64,000 nt of DNA from a virus. The stretch is taken from positions 1 to 64,000 of the IMG/VR virus record IMGVR_UViG_3300017925_000001. One strand, given 5' to 3'. The translations under genes were made by a program, and so were the position numbers. Positions 1 through 8,278 of this stretch are shown here, one piece after another. How positions within the stretch are numbered: the stretch's first letter is position 1; every line of letters starts with the position of its first letter. The notes under the pieces are model-generated. The model was not told where the DNA came from, searched no databases, and saw only the letters and a program-made list of their open reading frames with translations.

Positions 1-507
1 ACTGAGGTCCGCGCCTCTGAGGTTCGCGTCCCTGAGGTTCGCGCTCCTGAGGTTCGCGCTCCTGAGGTCCGCGCCTCTGAGGTCCGCGCCACTGAGGTCC
101 GCGCCTCTGAGGTTCGCGTCCCTGAGGTCCGCGCCACTGAGGTCCGCGCCACTGAGGTCCGCGCCTCTGAGGTTCGCGTCCCTGAGGTTCGCGCTCCTGA
201 GGTTCGCGCTCCTGAGGTCCGCGCCTCTGAGGTTCGCGTCCCTGAGGTTCGCGCTCCTGAGGTTCGCGCTCCTGAGGTTCGCGCCATAGAGGTTCGCGCC
301 ACTGAGGTCCGCGCCACTGAGGTGCGCGCTCCTGAGGTTCGCGCCATAGAGGTTCGCGCCACTGAGGTCCGCGCCACTGAGGTCCGCGCCTCTGAGGTTC
401 GCGTCCCTGAGGTTCGCGCTCCTGAGGTCCGCTTTGATTCCTCCGGTTTCCCCACGTACCCACTTAGCATGTACTTCTAGTATATGTTTCAACTCTTCGG
501 GTTTCAT
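1..507 (-). CDS. Pentapeptide-repeat protein (3' end outside window)
   Basis: ATG at 507 with SD AAGGAG. Reads MKPEELKHILEVHAKWVRGETGGIKADLRSANLRDANLRGADLSG... with 15-nt A(D/N)LxX repeats over 1-430. Confidence 0.93.
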   Translation of the reverse strand, partial: MKPEELKHILEVHAKWVRGETGGIKADLRSANLRDANLRGADLSGADLSGANLYGANLRSAHLSGADLSGANLYGANLRSANLRSANLRDANLRGADLRSANLRSANLRDANLRGADLSGADLSGADLRDANLRGADLSGADLRGADLRSANLRSANLRDANLRGADLS

Positions 508-538
508 TGAATCTCCTTTTCGACTGTGTAGGCGTCTT

Positions 539-772
539 TCATTGTTGTACCCCCAAGCATTCCTGGCGCGGATTGCGTACGCCGCGTGCATTTGTCTTGC
601 TCGAAACTGTGATAACATCAGGCGCACATTGGATCGCCTTGGTTGCCGCGTCGATCAGGTCGGCATCATCGAAGGCATTGTAGAACTTATTGCGCGTCAC
701 AAATGCGGAGCGCGCTTCGTTCACAACGTGGAAAGTATCAGCAGTCTTGTCGAATTGGATAGTCGTTGCCAT
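539..772 (-). CDS. Hypothetical protein
   Basis: ORF with GGAGG SD, co-oriented in the early cluster. Confidence 0.65.
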   Translation of the reverse strand: MATTIQFDKTADTFHVVNEARSAFVTRNKFYNAFDDADLIDAATKAIQCAPDVITVSSKTNARGVRNPRQECLGVQQ

Positions 773-848
773 TGCTATTTGCCTCCAATCATGAACTCGG
801 CATCGGGAAACATCTCGAACAGTTGGAAGGTGCTAATTGTACTTTTGC

Positions 849-1031
849 TCATAATTCTGGATTCCCTTGGTGATTAAACCCAACCGTAGAGGCACAGTTG
901 GAACATTTGGCAGTTATAGGCTGTAAGTTTTTACTGCTGTTCGTTTGTCCACATTTCGGGCAAGTCCAAAAGAGAATTTCATCGTCTGGCCAATACCCTT
1001 TACCCTCGGTTAAGTAAAATGGCTCACTCAT
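849..1031 (-). CDS. Small Zn-ribbon protein
   Basis: CPKC...CSNC. Start moved to MSEP, which overlaps the upstream gene's stop. Confidence 0.6.
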   Translation of the reverse strand: MSEPFYLTEGKGYWPDDEILFWTCPKCGQTNSSKNLQPITAKCSNCASTVGFNHQGNPEL

Positions 1032-1263
1032 GATAATTCTCGTAATACGAATCCCAGCGCATTTGGGTGAAGCTCTGTTTCTCCGCAGTACCCTCTCCCC
1101 GCAGGAGATGCCATTGTGTCTGGGGAAGATAGGAAACTGCACCGGTGCCTTTAACGAAGTATTTGACGGTGACCACGCCGCGATTGACTCGAATTACTGT
1201 AGCAAAGTATTCGCCGTCAGCCGCGCTATAGATAACCTTGTCGCCCTTGGTAAAATGTTCCAT
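1024..1263 (-). CDS. Hypothetical protein (SH3/KOW-like)
   Basis: SD AAGGAG; FTKGDKVIY...ATVIRV pattern; lies directly downstream of a promoter. Confidence 0.7.
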   Translation of the reverse strand: MEHFTKGDKVIYSAADGEYFATVIRVNRGVVTVKYFVKGTGAVSYLPQTQWHLLRGEGTAEKQSFTQMRWDSYYENYHE

Positions 1264-1292
1264 TGTGATTCTCCTTTTCGGTTACTGTACTC

Positions 1293-1321
1293 ATAGTAGA
1301 TAACTCGCTGCATTTTGTCAA
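1293..1321 (-). promoter_or_regulatory. Sigma70-type promoter
   Basis: TTGACA-17 nt-TACTAT on the minus strand. Confidence 0.8.
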
Positions 1322-1357
1322 GCACTTTAGTCGCTTTGTTTTGAATGGGCTAGCGAT

Positions 1358-1399
1358 TCATGTATATAATTCCCAAAGAAAAGCAAGTAGTGATAACAT
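1358..1399 (-). CDS. Putative 13-aa hydrophobic peptide MLSLLAFLWELYT
   Basis: Strong SD AAAGGAGG 6 nt upstream of ATG, at the end of a long structured leader. Confidence 0.3.
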   Translation of the reverse strand: MLSLLAFLWELYT

Positions 1400-1823
1400 A
1401 ATGTCCTCCTTTGGGAATTCTCATCCATGCACCCGAAGCCCGGACTTGCGGCACTCATTCATTGGAGTTTGTCGCGTGTTGCTCCTATTGGCTGGGATGC
1501 ATGGGGAAAACTCTGTGCAAGGCCTCCAGCCGTTCCCAGCCGAAGATTTACTGCGGGAGCCCGTGGTATCGGTGACGTAGGGTTTGATGGCTTGCTAGGC
1601 CAACCCGGTTATGACGCGTCTTTCGCTCTCGCTCGCCTCTGGTGATTCAGCTTGCTTTTCAGCTGCGGCTGCTACCTGGAAAACCCCTCACGAAAGCTCC
1701 AGTTTATCGCTGCCTACTCGACTAGCCTATCCTCCAGCTAACGCCTTACAACCAAGGATCGCACAGCGCGCCCGATCTTGCAAGATTTATTTGAACTATT
1801 TTTCGCAAGGGGCCAGCCAGATA

Positions 1824-2144
1824 TTAAAACGTACGTGAGGCAAGGCGTTGGAATTGTTGTGGATAGTAGCTTTTGGCTGTATCCACGGCGTCTAATCTAG
1901 CTTGTAAACTGAACCGTTCAGGGAATGAAAGCACAACTAGTGACCATGCGCAATCTTCCTCAAACCATCCAAGGGGTGCGTAGATATCCCCACGCATGTC
2001 TTTGTCCATCCGGCGAAGTAGTCCACTGGAAACGTGGAAACCGCCGTGTCCTGCTGTGCTGTACTGGATAATGCCACGCCCAAAACTACGTGCCGTTTGT
2101 GCGGTTCCCCAAGGTGTTGAGGTTTGCACATTGTACCGCGTCAT
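1824..2144 (-). CDS. Conserved hypothetical protein (TPWG...STAGHGG...EEDC family)
   Basis: Motifs TPWG, STAGHGGF and WFEEDC; SD GAGG before MTRY. Confidence 0.7.
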   Translation of the reverse strand: MTRYNVQTSTPWGTAQTARSFGRGIIQYSTAGHGGFHVSSGLLRRMDKDMRGDIYAPLGWFEEDCAWSLVVLSFPERFSLQARLDAVDTAKSYYPQQFQRLASRTF

Positions 2145-2602
2145 TGATACCTCTGGTTCAGGCAAGCTAGTGAGTTTGCGCATTAGACTGTTAGGCGCTC
2201 CCACTGCAACGTTTCCGTTTTCTAGTGTGTTCATGCTACTTTATATTGCAACCTGCTTGCCAAACTTATTATCAACAACTTGCACACAGACTCAATGACT
2301 TGAGCATGACACAGAAGAACATTTGTTACACTTTGTGGAGCAAGGATTACCACATTGTGTCATACGTTCCCTAGCGTACGTTGGCAACCCCGGCCTGCTA
2401 TGCACTAACCCATAGAGAAAGACAGAAGCACAGCCAAGGGACAACCGTAGCCGCATAGCTTTTGCCGATCACTTTTGCAAGGAAGTGCCAATCCACCGCA
2501 TCTGTTCATTCTGAGGACAAGCACCGCAAAGCAGGGCTTTTCCTTGGCTTGAGCAACTAATAAACTAGTTTCTTATCAACTAATTAACTAAGTGGCAACC
2601 TA

Positions 2603-2646
2603 TGGAAAATCATAGATTAGCCGCTGGAAAATCATAGATTAGCCGC
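2603..2646. repeat. Perfect 22-bp tandem direct repeat
   Basis: TGGAAAATCATAGATTAGCCGC x2. Confidence 0.95.
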
Positions 2647-3319
2647 GTGAGCACCGTTGTGCTTCCTCTCTGCTTTCCCCAAGGGCAACCAAAACCCTTG
2701 CAATGCAATCACTTGCACTACTTCACATCTTCTCCTCGCGCTTCCTGGCAAGGCTGGGGGTCCCCGCTCCGCTCCAAGTCATTCTCGCGCTTGCGCCGGT
2801 TGCCCTTCGCTCGCCCCGAGGTGGCCCCGAGGTCTAAGTTGTACATAACAAAAGCGGTTGCCCCTGGTATTCGCCCTGCATTCGCCAGGGTTTCCCCTTG
2901 GGCTGCGCCGTGGCTGTGCCTATCGGGAGTGCTTAAGGTCGAGGCGGGGTCCAGAGCGTACGTCAGACAACGTATGAGAAGCATGGTGGAGAATCCTACA
3001 CTCTACGCCAGTGTTGCAGTGGTTAGACTTAGCTGGTACACTGATACCACAATGATACTTGAGTCAGACTGAGGACAACCTAGGACAGCGAAGGGAAGGC
3101 GAAGGGCAACCTAGGCAAGGCATTGATTCCCAAGCTGCTACGTGGAAGGCCCCACACCCCTAAAAAATAATTCTTATGGCAAGGGCGGCACGGTTGTAGA
3201 GTAAAATGTACCAGGCGCGATGCATCTATGTAATTTCTACACCAATTATATACATACCCACCCACTCTTCTCCAGTGCTTGCCTCTAGAAAATTTTTCTA
3301 CACACGTGGACGGGACCCC

Positions 3320-3349
3320 TTGACAACGGTAGCAGATCTATGGTATAAT
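3320..3349 (+). promoter_or_regulatory. Sigma70-type promoter, near-leaderless transcript
   Basis: TTGACA-18 nt-TATAAT with TG extension; ATG 8 nt after the -10 box and no SD. Confidence 0.8.
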
Positions 3350-3357
3350 ATTTTATT

Positions 3358-4335
3358 ATGAAAACGCACTGTAAAAATGGTCACCCTAGAATACCTGAAA
3401 ACCTGGCAGCCAGCGGAGAGTGTAAAATTTGCAGGAAAGTCCGTGCCTCCAGCCATTCGCGCAAAGCTTACAACCAGGCTTATAATGCCCGACCAGAGCG
3501 AATAGCCAAGTCACAAGCTCGCAATGCGTCTCCTGAGGAAAAAGCCAAGGCTAAGGATAGGTATAAAGCGCAGCATCCACATGTACCCAAGACTCATTGC
3601 AAACGAGGACACCCCCGAATCCCAGAGAATCTTTCGAAGAACGGTGGGTGTAAAATTTGCACTAGTGAACGTGGGCATCAACGCTATGTTGCCCAACAAG
3701 CAATCCTAGGTCGCCCCGTGCTTACCCGGGAAGAATACAAAGAAGTGCAGAGAGCCAGAAGGAAGACCCAGTGCATCAATGGGCATCCATACACACCTGA
3801 TACCCGCAGGAAGAACCGCGGCTGCATCGTGTGCAATCGAGAGCAGGAACGAGCAAGGAGAGCCAAGAAAGCTATGCCAAAAGTGCCCAAGACCCATTGC
3901 CTTCAGGGGCATCCCAGAACGCCAGAGAATACCCTCAACAACGGTAGTTGCAGAGTATGCCGAAGGCTTGCCGAGAAACGCAGAGACCAAGCCCGGTCTG
4001 CCCTCAGCAAAGCTAGGAAAGCAGAGCTTGCCAAGGTATGGATCAATTCCAGCACGGGGAACCCTGTGTCTACTTCCAGAAAACTGGATCTGCGCGCCCA
4101 TGGATGGACTCAGCAAATGTATGAGACAACACTGTTTGAACAGGGTAACGTTTGTGCTTCCTGCAGACTGCCTTTCACCAAAGAGAATCCGCCCTGTGCT
4201 GATCATCGTCACTCTAAGCCGCCAGAGCCTCGCGGAGTATTACACGCCAAATGCAACTCCCTTATAGGCTTTGCCAAAGAAGATCCCGCGGTCTGCAGAG
4301 CTGCTGCTGAGTACTTGGAAGCCTGGACCGTGTAA
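3358..4335 (+). CDS. Endonuclease VII-type homing endonuclease with tandem Cys/His repeats
   Basis: C-terminal EQGNVCASC...DHRH...RGVLHAKCN; four THCxxGHPxxPxN...CxxC repeats. Confidence 0.85.
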   Translation: MKTHCKNGHPRIPENLAASGECKICRKVRASSHSRKAYNQAYNARPERIAKSQARNASPEEKAKAKDRYKAQHPHVPKTHCKRGHPRIPENLSKNGGCKICTSERGHQRYVAQQAILGRPVLTREEYKEVQRARRKTQCINGHPYTPDTRRKNRGCIVCNREQERARRAKKAMPKVPKTHCLQGHPRTPENTLNNGSCRVCRRLAEKRRDQARSALSKARKAELAKVWINSSTGNPVSTSRKLDLRAHGWTQQMYETTLFEQGNVCASCRLPFTKENPPCADHRHSKPPEPRGVLHAKCNSLIGFAKEDPAVCRAAAEYLEAWTV

Positions 4336-4448
4336 AATTTTCCGCTATGCGTGGGCGGGCCAAGGAACACCAAGGGGCACCCCTAGGCATGCGCCGGACT
4401 GCAGCGGTAATAATTACACACCCCACGAAGTGCAGAAACAACACCCCC

Positions 4449-4477
4449 TTGCGCCAAGGAGTTCTTTGTGGTATAAT
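4449..4477 (+). promoter_or_regulatory. Sigma70-type promoter
   Basis: TTGCGC-17 nt-TATAAT with TG extension. Confidence 0.6.
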
Positions 4478-4599
4478 GTTTCTGGGTACGACACCGGGAA
4501 GGACCGGCAGTGGCTTGTGACGCCATGTGAATGGGGAGCGTTACCCCGCGTACCCTCCATCAAACCCACCGAGGGGAACTCGGATGACAAGGAGCAACA

Positions 4600-4977
4600 A
4601 TGACAACGCTTTTACAAGTCTTGGCTGAAAATAAACACCTAGAAAGCAGTGATCCACTTGCATTTTCTCAACACTTCGGAAACTGCACACTCGACTCCAT
4701 CACCTTGACTGATACGGACCTTGCTTGCCTAGCAGCGCACGCACAGCAAGGAATTGAAGACCTAAAACATACTGAAGTAAGCTACACTAAAAACATGAAG
4801 CGTGCTCTCTCACTTATGCGAGAAGCGGCAGACTTGATGTTGCGTGAGCGTACTCTTCATAAAGCACGAGTAGCTGCATGGACTTCAAAAGATCCCAGTC
4901 CCGCTGATCTGACTCAGGACCCCAAGAAATCTAATGTACCTATCAGCAAGGAAGGACTCATCACTCAAAGGAGCTGA
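4600..4977 (+). CDS. Hypothetical protein
   Basis: SD AAGGAG; first gene of a 4-gene operon. Confidence 0.7.
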   Translation: MTTLLQVLAENKHLESSDPLAFSQHFGNCTLDSITLTDTDLACLAAHAQQGIEDLKHTEVSYTKNMKRALSLMREAADLMLRERTLHKARVAAWTSKDPSPADLTQDPKKSNVPISKEGLITQRS

Positions 4978-4978
4978 A

Positions 4979-5233
4979 ATGAAATTACCAGGAGACCCTG
5001 GCTACAATCCGAAATGCTACATTGGAGAAGCAGGCTGTGACTGCGTTCATGGCGTGCTCAAATTTCCTAAATCACTCACCTTCGTGCAGGAATTGGAAAC
5101 ACTGCTCAACAAGCACGGCTGGGACAGCACATTGGGTATTCCCGATTATATCCTGGCCAAATCTCTGGATCGAACACTGATGAACATGCTGGAAACCCAG
5201 AACGAAGTCAAAGCGCACGAGAGGGGAATATGA
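4979..5233 (+). CDS. Hypothetical phage protein
   Basis: SD AAGGAG; ELETLLNKH...GIPDYILA motif. Confidence 0.7.
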   Translation: MKLPGDPGYNPKCYIGEAGCDCVHGVLKFPKSLTFVQELETLLNKHGWDSTLGIPDYILAKSLDRTLMNMLETQNEVKAHERGI

Positions 5234-5424
5234 AGATTTTGATCCTGCACGACAATGTGAATGAGAATGAGCTGGTGGTCTTGGACGCCGAGGATTTCTC
5301 TATGGTGTTTCCCATGCTCGCTGGATCTGCTGTGAGGATGAAGAGCGGTGGGTCAGATGCGAAGCTCGTCCAAGAAACCCCGGCTGAAGTTCTGAGACTA
5401 CTCAAGGAGGCACTAGGACAATGA
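5230..5424 (+). CDS. Hypothetical protein (FlbD-like C-terminus VQETPAEV)
   Basis: ATGA overlap coupling with the upstream gene. Confidence 0.65.
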   Translation: MKILILHDNVNENELVVLDAEDFSMVFPMLAGSAVRMKSGGSDAKLVQETPAEVLRLLKEALGQ

Positions 5425-5681
5425 AATACCTGGAAGACAGCGCAACTGAAGCTGTAGACGAAGCTTACCGTGCCCGCGCAAAGTGGGGCCTCAAATTCGA
5501 TGCAGCCAACACATTGAACGATTGGATCACCTATACCGTTAGCTACATGAGCCGTGCATCTCGCATGGACAACACCCGGGAACAGGTGATTGAAGATCTC
5601 AGAAAGGCTGCAGGCTTGGCGCTGAATGCCTTGAACGCAGCTGAGAACGACAAGCTCGCCCCACGGCATTACGATCTGTAG
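5421..5681 (+). CDS. Hypothetical protein (all-alpha, possibly MazG-like)
   Basis: ATGA overlap, SD AAGGAGG. Confidence 0.65.
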   Translation: MKYLEDSATEAVDEAYRARAKWGLKFDAANTLNDWITYTVSYMSRASRMDNTREQVIEDLRKAAGLALNALNAAENDKLAPRHYDL

Positions 5682-5685
5682 AGAC

Positions 5686-5741
5686 AAAAAAAAAGCCCCA
5701 GAAGAGCCGACCTTGTTGGTCAGTTCCTCTGGGGCTTTTTT
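5686..5741. terminator. Bidirectional rho-independent terminator
   Basis: A-tract, GCCCCAGA...TCTGGGGC stem, T-tract, between convergent operons. Confidence 0.9.
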
Positions 5742-5809
5742 GCGTTTACTGCGGGTAGCGTAGTGAACATGGGGGAGCTTTGATCTGCTCCACGTAAGTG
5801 ACGTGCAAT

Positions 5810-6109
5810 TCATTCCCATCGGGGGGATGGCCTGAGCACTGTGGCGAATCCCAGCTGTTGAGCTGTGATCGCGGTGTCGATCAAGGTGCGAACCTCAATT
5901 ACGTTGAACTGCTGAGGCACGCCAGACAGAAGCTTGCTGTTCATCTCGACCGGGGTTTCAGACTTCTTGTAGTGAGCCGCAGGCTGAGTCTTACGATTTT
6001 CCAGGGCGTACAGATAGGCCCTGACATCCTCAGCGAGTTTGTTGTACTTCACCTGCAGTAGTTTATACTTCTGCTGCAGGGACAGCTTTTTCACTTTCGT
6101 TTTCTTCAT
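5810..6109 (-). CDS. Hypothetical protein
   Basis: SD AAGGAG plus GACTCA box. Confidence 0.7.
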   Translation of the reverse strand: MKKTKVKKLSLQQKYKLLQVKYNKLAEDVRAYLYALENRKTQPAAHYKKSETPVEMNSKLLSGVPQQFNVIEVRTLIDTAITAQQLGFATVLRPSPRWE

Positions 6110-6288
6110 TTCTGAGTCTCCTTGTTGTATTTCACGATGGTGTATTTCCAGCCGACGCTTTCATCTTCGAAGCGCTTGGCGGCTGCTTGCGCAATTGTTT
6201 TGTTGCAATGCACGCCAGCAAAGAAGGCTAATTCCCAATCTCTGGTTCCGACTTTGCGTTTGTACAGTAGCCAGATCTGTTTGACCAT
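6106..6288 (-). CDS. Hypothetical protein
   Basis: SD AAGGAG; overlap coupling. Confidence 0.65.
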   Translation of the reverse strand: MVKQIWLLYKRKVGTRDWELAFFAGVHCNKTIAQAAAKRFEDESVGWKYTIVKYNKETQK

Positions 6289-6379
6289 TATTTCTCCTTG
6301 TGTCGTTTGTGTCTATCTCGTTCCCCTTGGATAAGCACTGCGATGACAATGATCCCACACAGTGCCAGGATTGCATCAC

Positions 6380-6859
6380 TCATCCTAAGAATTCCCTCAC
6401 TTTCAGGGCTGCGTTCTCGTATGAGCTGGCTTTGCCCGAGAAGTAGTAAGAACTATTCTCACGATCTTTTGCAGTTACATTGCAACCTGAGTTGTACAGT
6501 TGGTTTACCTGTTCCTCTTCCTTCTCGGCGCGCTTGTGATTCTCTCTCTGACGCCGGGTGAAGTAGGCCACGAGACGATCAATATTCTCTGCGTAGCTCT
6601 TCACCAATTTCTCTCGCTCGGATTTGAGGTCTTCTAGATTTGCTAAGCACTTGTCCACGCGAGCGTTCAGCTCCGCAATTTCCTGCTTCTTACACTCAGC
6701 AGCCCTGGATGCTGGACTGCTGTACTCCACACGATACAGAAGGTTTTCCCAGGATTGTTCTCGTAGGGCAACCCTAGGGCTTCCCTGACAACCAACCATT
6801 GCCAGCAAGTGAGATTGTTTCCTGTATACTCCATCCCCTTGGGTTGTTGCAGGAGCCAT
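6380..6859 (-). CDS. Hypothetical coiled-coil protein (true start probably later, near 6658)
   Basis: Co-oriented ORF; its 5' part overlaps the upstream gene. Confidence 0.5.
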   Translation of the reverse strand: MAPATTQGDGVYRKQSHLLAMVGCQGSPRVALREQSWENLLYRVEYSSPASRAAECKKQEIAELNARVDKCLANLEDLKSEREKLVKSYAENIDRLVAYFTRRQRENHKRAEKEEEQVNQLYNSGCNVTAKDRENSSYYFSGKASSYENAALKVREFLG

Positions 6860-7071
6860 TGAAGGCGCTCTCGCATAAAGATGTTTTCTTCACGAAGTTG
6901 ATCTATCTGATGGTTGCGCCATGCAATTGCGTTGGCTGCGATCACAGCAGTAGTGTTCAGATCCTCATCTTCCCATGCTCGATCAAGGCTCTTCTGCAAT
7001 GTTCCTTTAGCTGCAGTGATTTTGTCCAGCATAAAAGCAATTACCTGTCTTACATCTTCTGCACTATACAT
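6667..7071 (-). CDS. Hypothetical protein
   Basis: SD AAGGAG; coupled to the upstream ORF. Confidence 0.6.
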   Translation of the reverse strand: MYSAEDVRQVIAFMLDKITAAKGTLQKSLDRAWEDEDLNTTAVIAANAIAWRNHQIDQLREENIFMRERLQWLLQQPKGMEYTGNNLTCWQWLVVREALGLPYENNPGKTFCIVWSTAVQHPGLLSVRSRKLRS

Positions 7072-7327
7072 TCTCTTTCTCCTTCTCCTTCGGTAGCCCC
7101 AGGCGTCCCATGATCTGCTGTGCTTCTAGAACTTCTTCCTCGCGCTTCTTGGCACATTTTTCGCAAGGCACATCGTTGATGACGACTGTCTTCCGAGTTG
7201 AGTCATTCTGCGGATCTGACTGACAGACGTACTGACAACACTCGGGACAGTAGAGAATCCATCCGTTGGGAAACATCTTGTTGCTACTCGCAAGTGATTC
7301 GCGGATTACACCCTTCGGTTTTTCCAT
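7064..7327 (-). CDS. Hypothetical Zn-finger protein
   Basis: CPEC...CEKC; SD AGGAGG before MEKP. Confidence 0.65.
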   Translation of the reverse strand: MEKPKGVIRESLASSNKMFPNGWILYCPECCQYVCQSDPQNDSTRKTVVINDVPCEKCAKKREEEVLEAQQIMGRLGLPKEKEKENV

Positions 7328-7469
7328 GGTCCTCCTGGTAGTTCTCAAGTTCCTGGCGTTGCTGTGTGGGTGTGAGGTCTTCATAGAAGTCCATACCTGT
7401 GCGCTCGGCATACGCTGCGGCAGTATCAAATACGAGTACCAAATCTTGCTCAAGAATGCTGTCTGACAT
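7284..7469 (-). CDS. Small acidic hypothetical protein
   Basis: Fills the gap between RNase H and the next gene. Confidence 0.5.
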   Translation of the reverse strand: MSDSILEQDLVLVFDTAAAYAERTGMDFYEDLTPTQQRQELENYQEDHGKTEGCNPRITCE

Positions 7470-7881
7470 TGATCCCCTGCTTTCTTAATTCGTCGTTGCA
7501 CAAAAAATCTACCAACTCGTTGCCTGTATTACCGGAATGACCACGTACCCAGTGCAACATGTGGCCACCTCGGATCATCAAGGCTTGTGCAAGGTCTCGG
7601 AAGGGTCGTAGCTCTTCATGCTTGACCTTCCATTCTCCAGACACAAGTCTGACAACCAGTTGGCTATCACAGTTTATGTCCAGCTTAGTGATGGAATTCT
7701 GTGCGGACCATTTGAGCAAGTCAAGCAGTCCTTGAAATTCCGCGTAATTGTTGGTATATAGCTCAGGACCTAGGTAACGAGAGGACGCTTGAAACACAGC
7801 ATCCCCATCGTAGATAGCATAGGCACATGAGGTTTGGCCTGGGTTTGAGACCTTGCAGGCCCCGTCGCAGTAAGCGTGCAT
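7450..7881 (-). CDS. rnhA: Ribonuclease HI
   Basis: YCDGAC...NPG, TNNYAEF, CDSQLVV, WVRGHSGNTGNELVD motifs. Confidence 0.93.
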   Translation of the reverse strand: MHAYCDGACKVSNPGQTSCAYAIYDGDAVFQASSRYLGPELYTNNYAEFQGLLDLLKWSAQNSITKLDINCDSQLVVRLVSGEWKVKHEELRPFRDLAQALMIRGGHMLHWVRGHSGNTGNELVDFLCNDELRKQGINVRQHS

Positions 7882-7882
7882 A

Positions 7883-8278
7883 TCAGTATTTCTTCCCATT
7901 AACACCGCAACGGGCTGCATGTGTATGATCCTCTCTTTTTCGGTTATACTCTAATTTTTCAATCAGAGCACCTCCAAGGTCAAGGCCGTATTCACCCGCA
8001 TAATCAAATACTCTGATTAGCAAATCTGCTAACTCTACCTCTACCATACGACGATGAGGAAGTTTATCATCCATCAAATTTTTACGATGACCTTCCATCG
8101 CCTCGCTGATTTCAGAGACCATAAGCATGAAACGCTCACCATGGTTATGGAATATGCGCTCTCCTGTAACTGGATCATGATACCACTTGTCTGCCTCATG
8201 ACGGCATAGGTCGCTTAACTCCTTGATAACCCTACTAGTATAGTCTTCTGGAACTACAAAATCACCATTAAGATCCAC
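7883..8278 (-). CDS. MazG-like NTP pyrophosphohydrolase
   Basis: SEISEAMEGHRK...EVELADLLIR; GTG start with GGAGG. Confidence 0.85.
   Translation of the reverse strand: MDLNGDFVVPEDYTSRVIKELSDLCRHEADKWYHDPVTGERIFHNHGERFMLMVSEISEAMEGHRKNLMDDKLPHRRMVEVELADLLIRVFDYAGEYGLDLGGALIEKLEYNRKREDHTHAARCGVNGKKY

Noticed and set aside
1-430. 15-bp tandem repeats as a CRISPR array or satellite
   Set aside because: There are no unique spacers, and the repeats translate on the minus strand as a pentapeptide-repeat protein with a proper start and SD.
2647-3265. ORFs in the 2.6-3.3 kb region
   Set aside because: They overlap on both strands with no SD or recognisable motifs, so the region was treated as non-coding.
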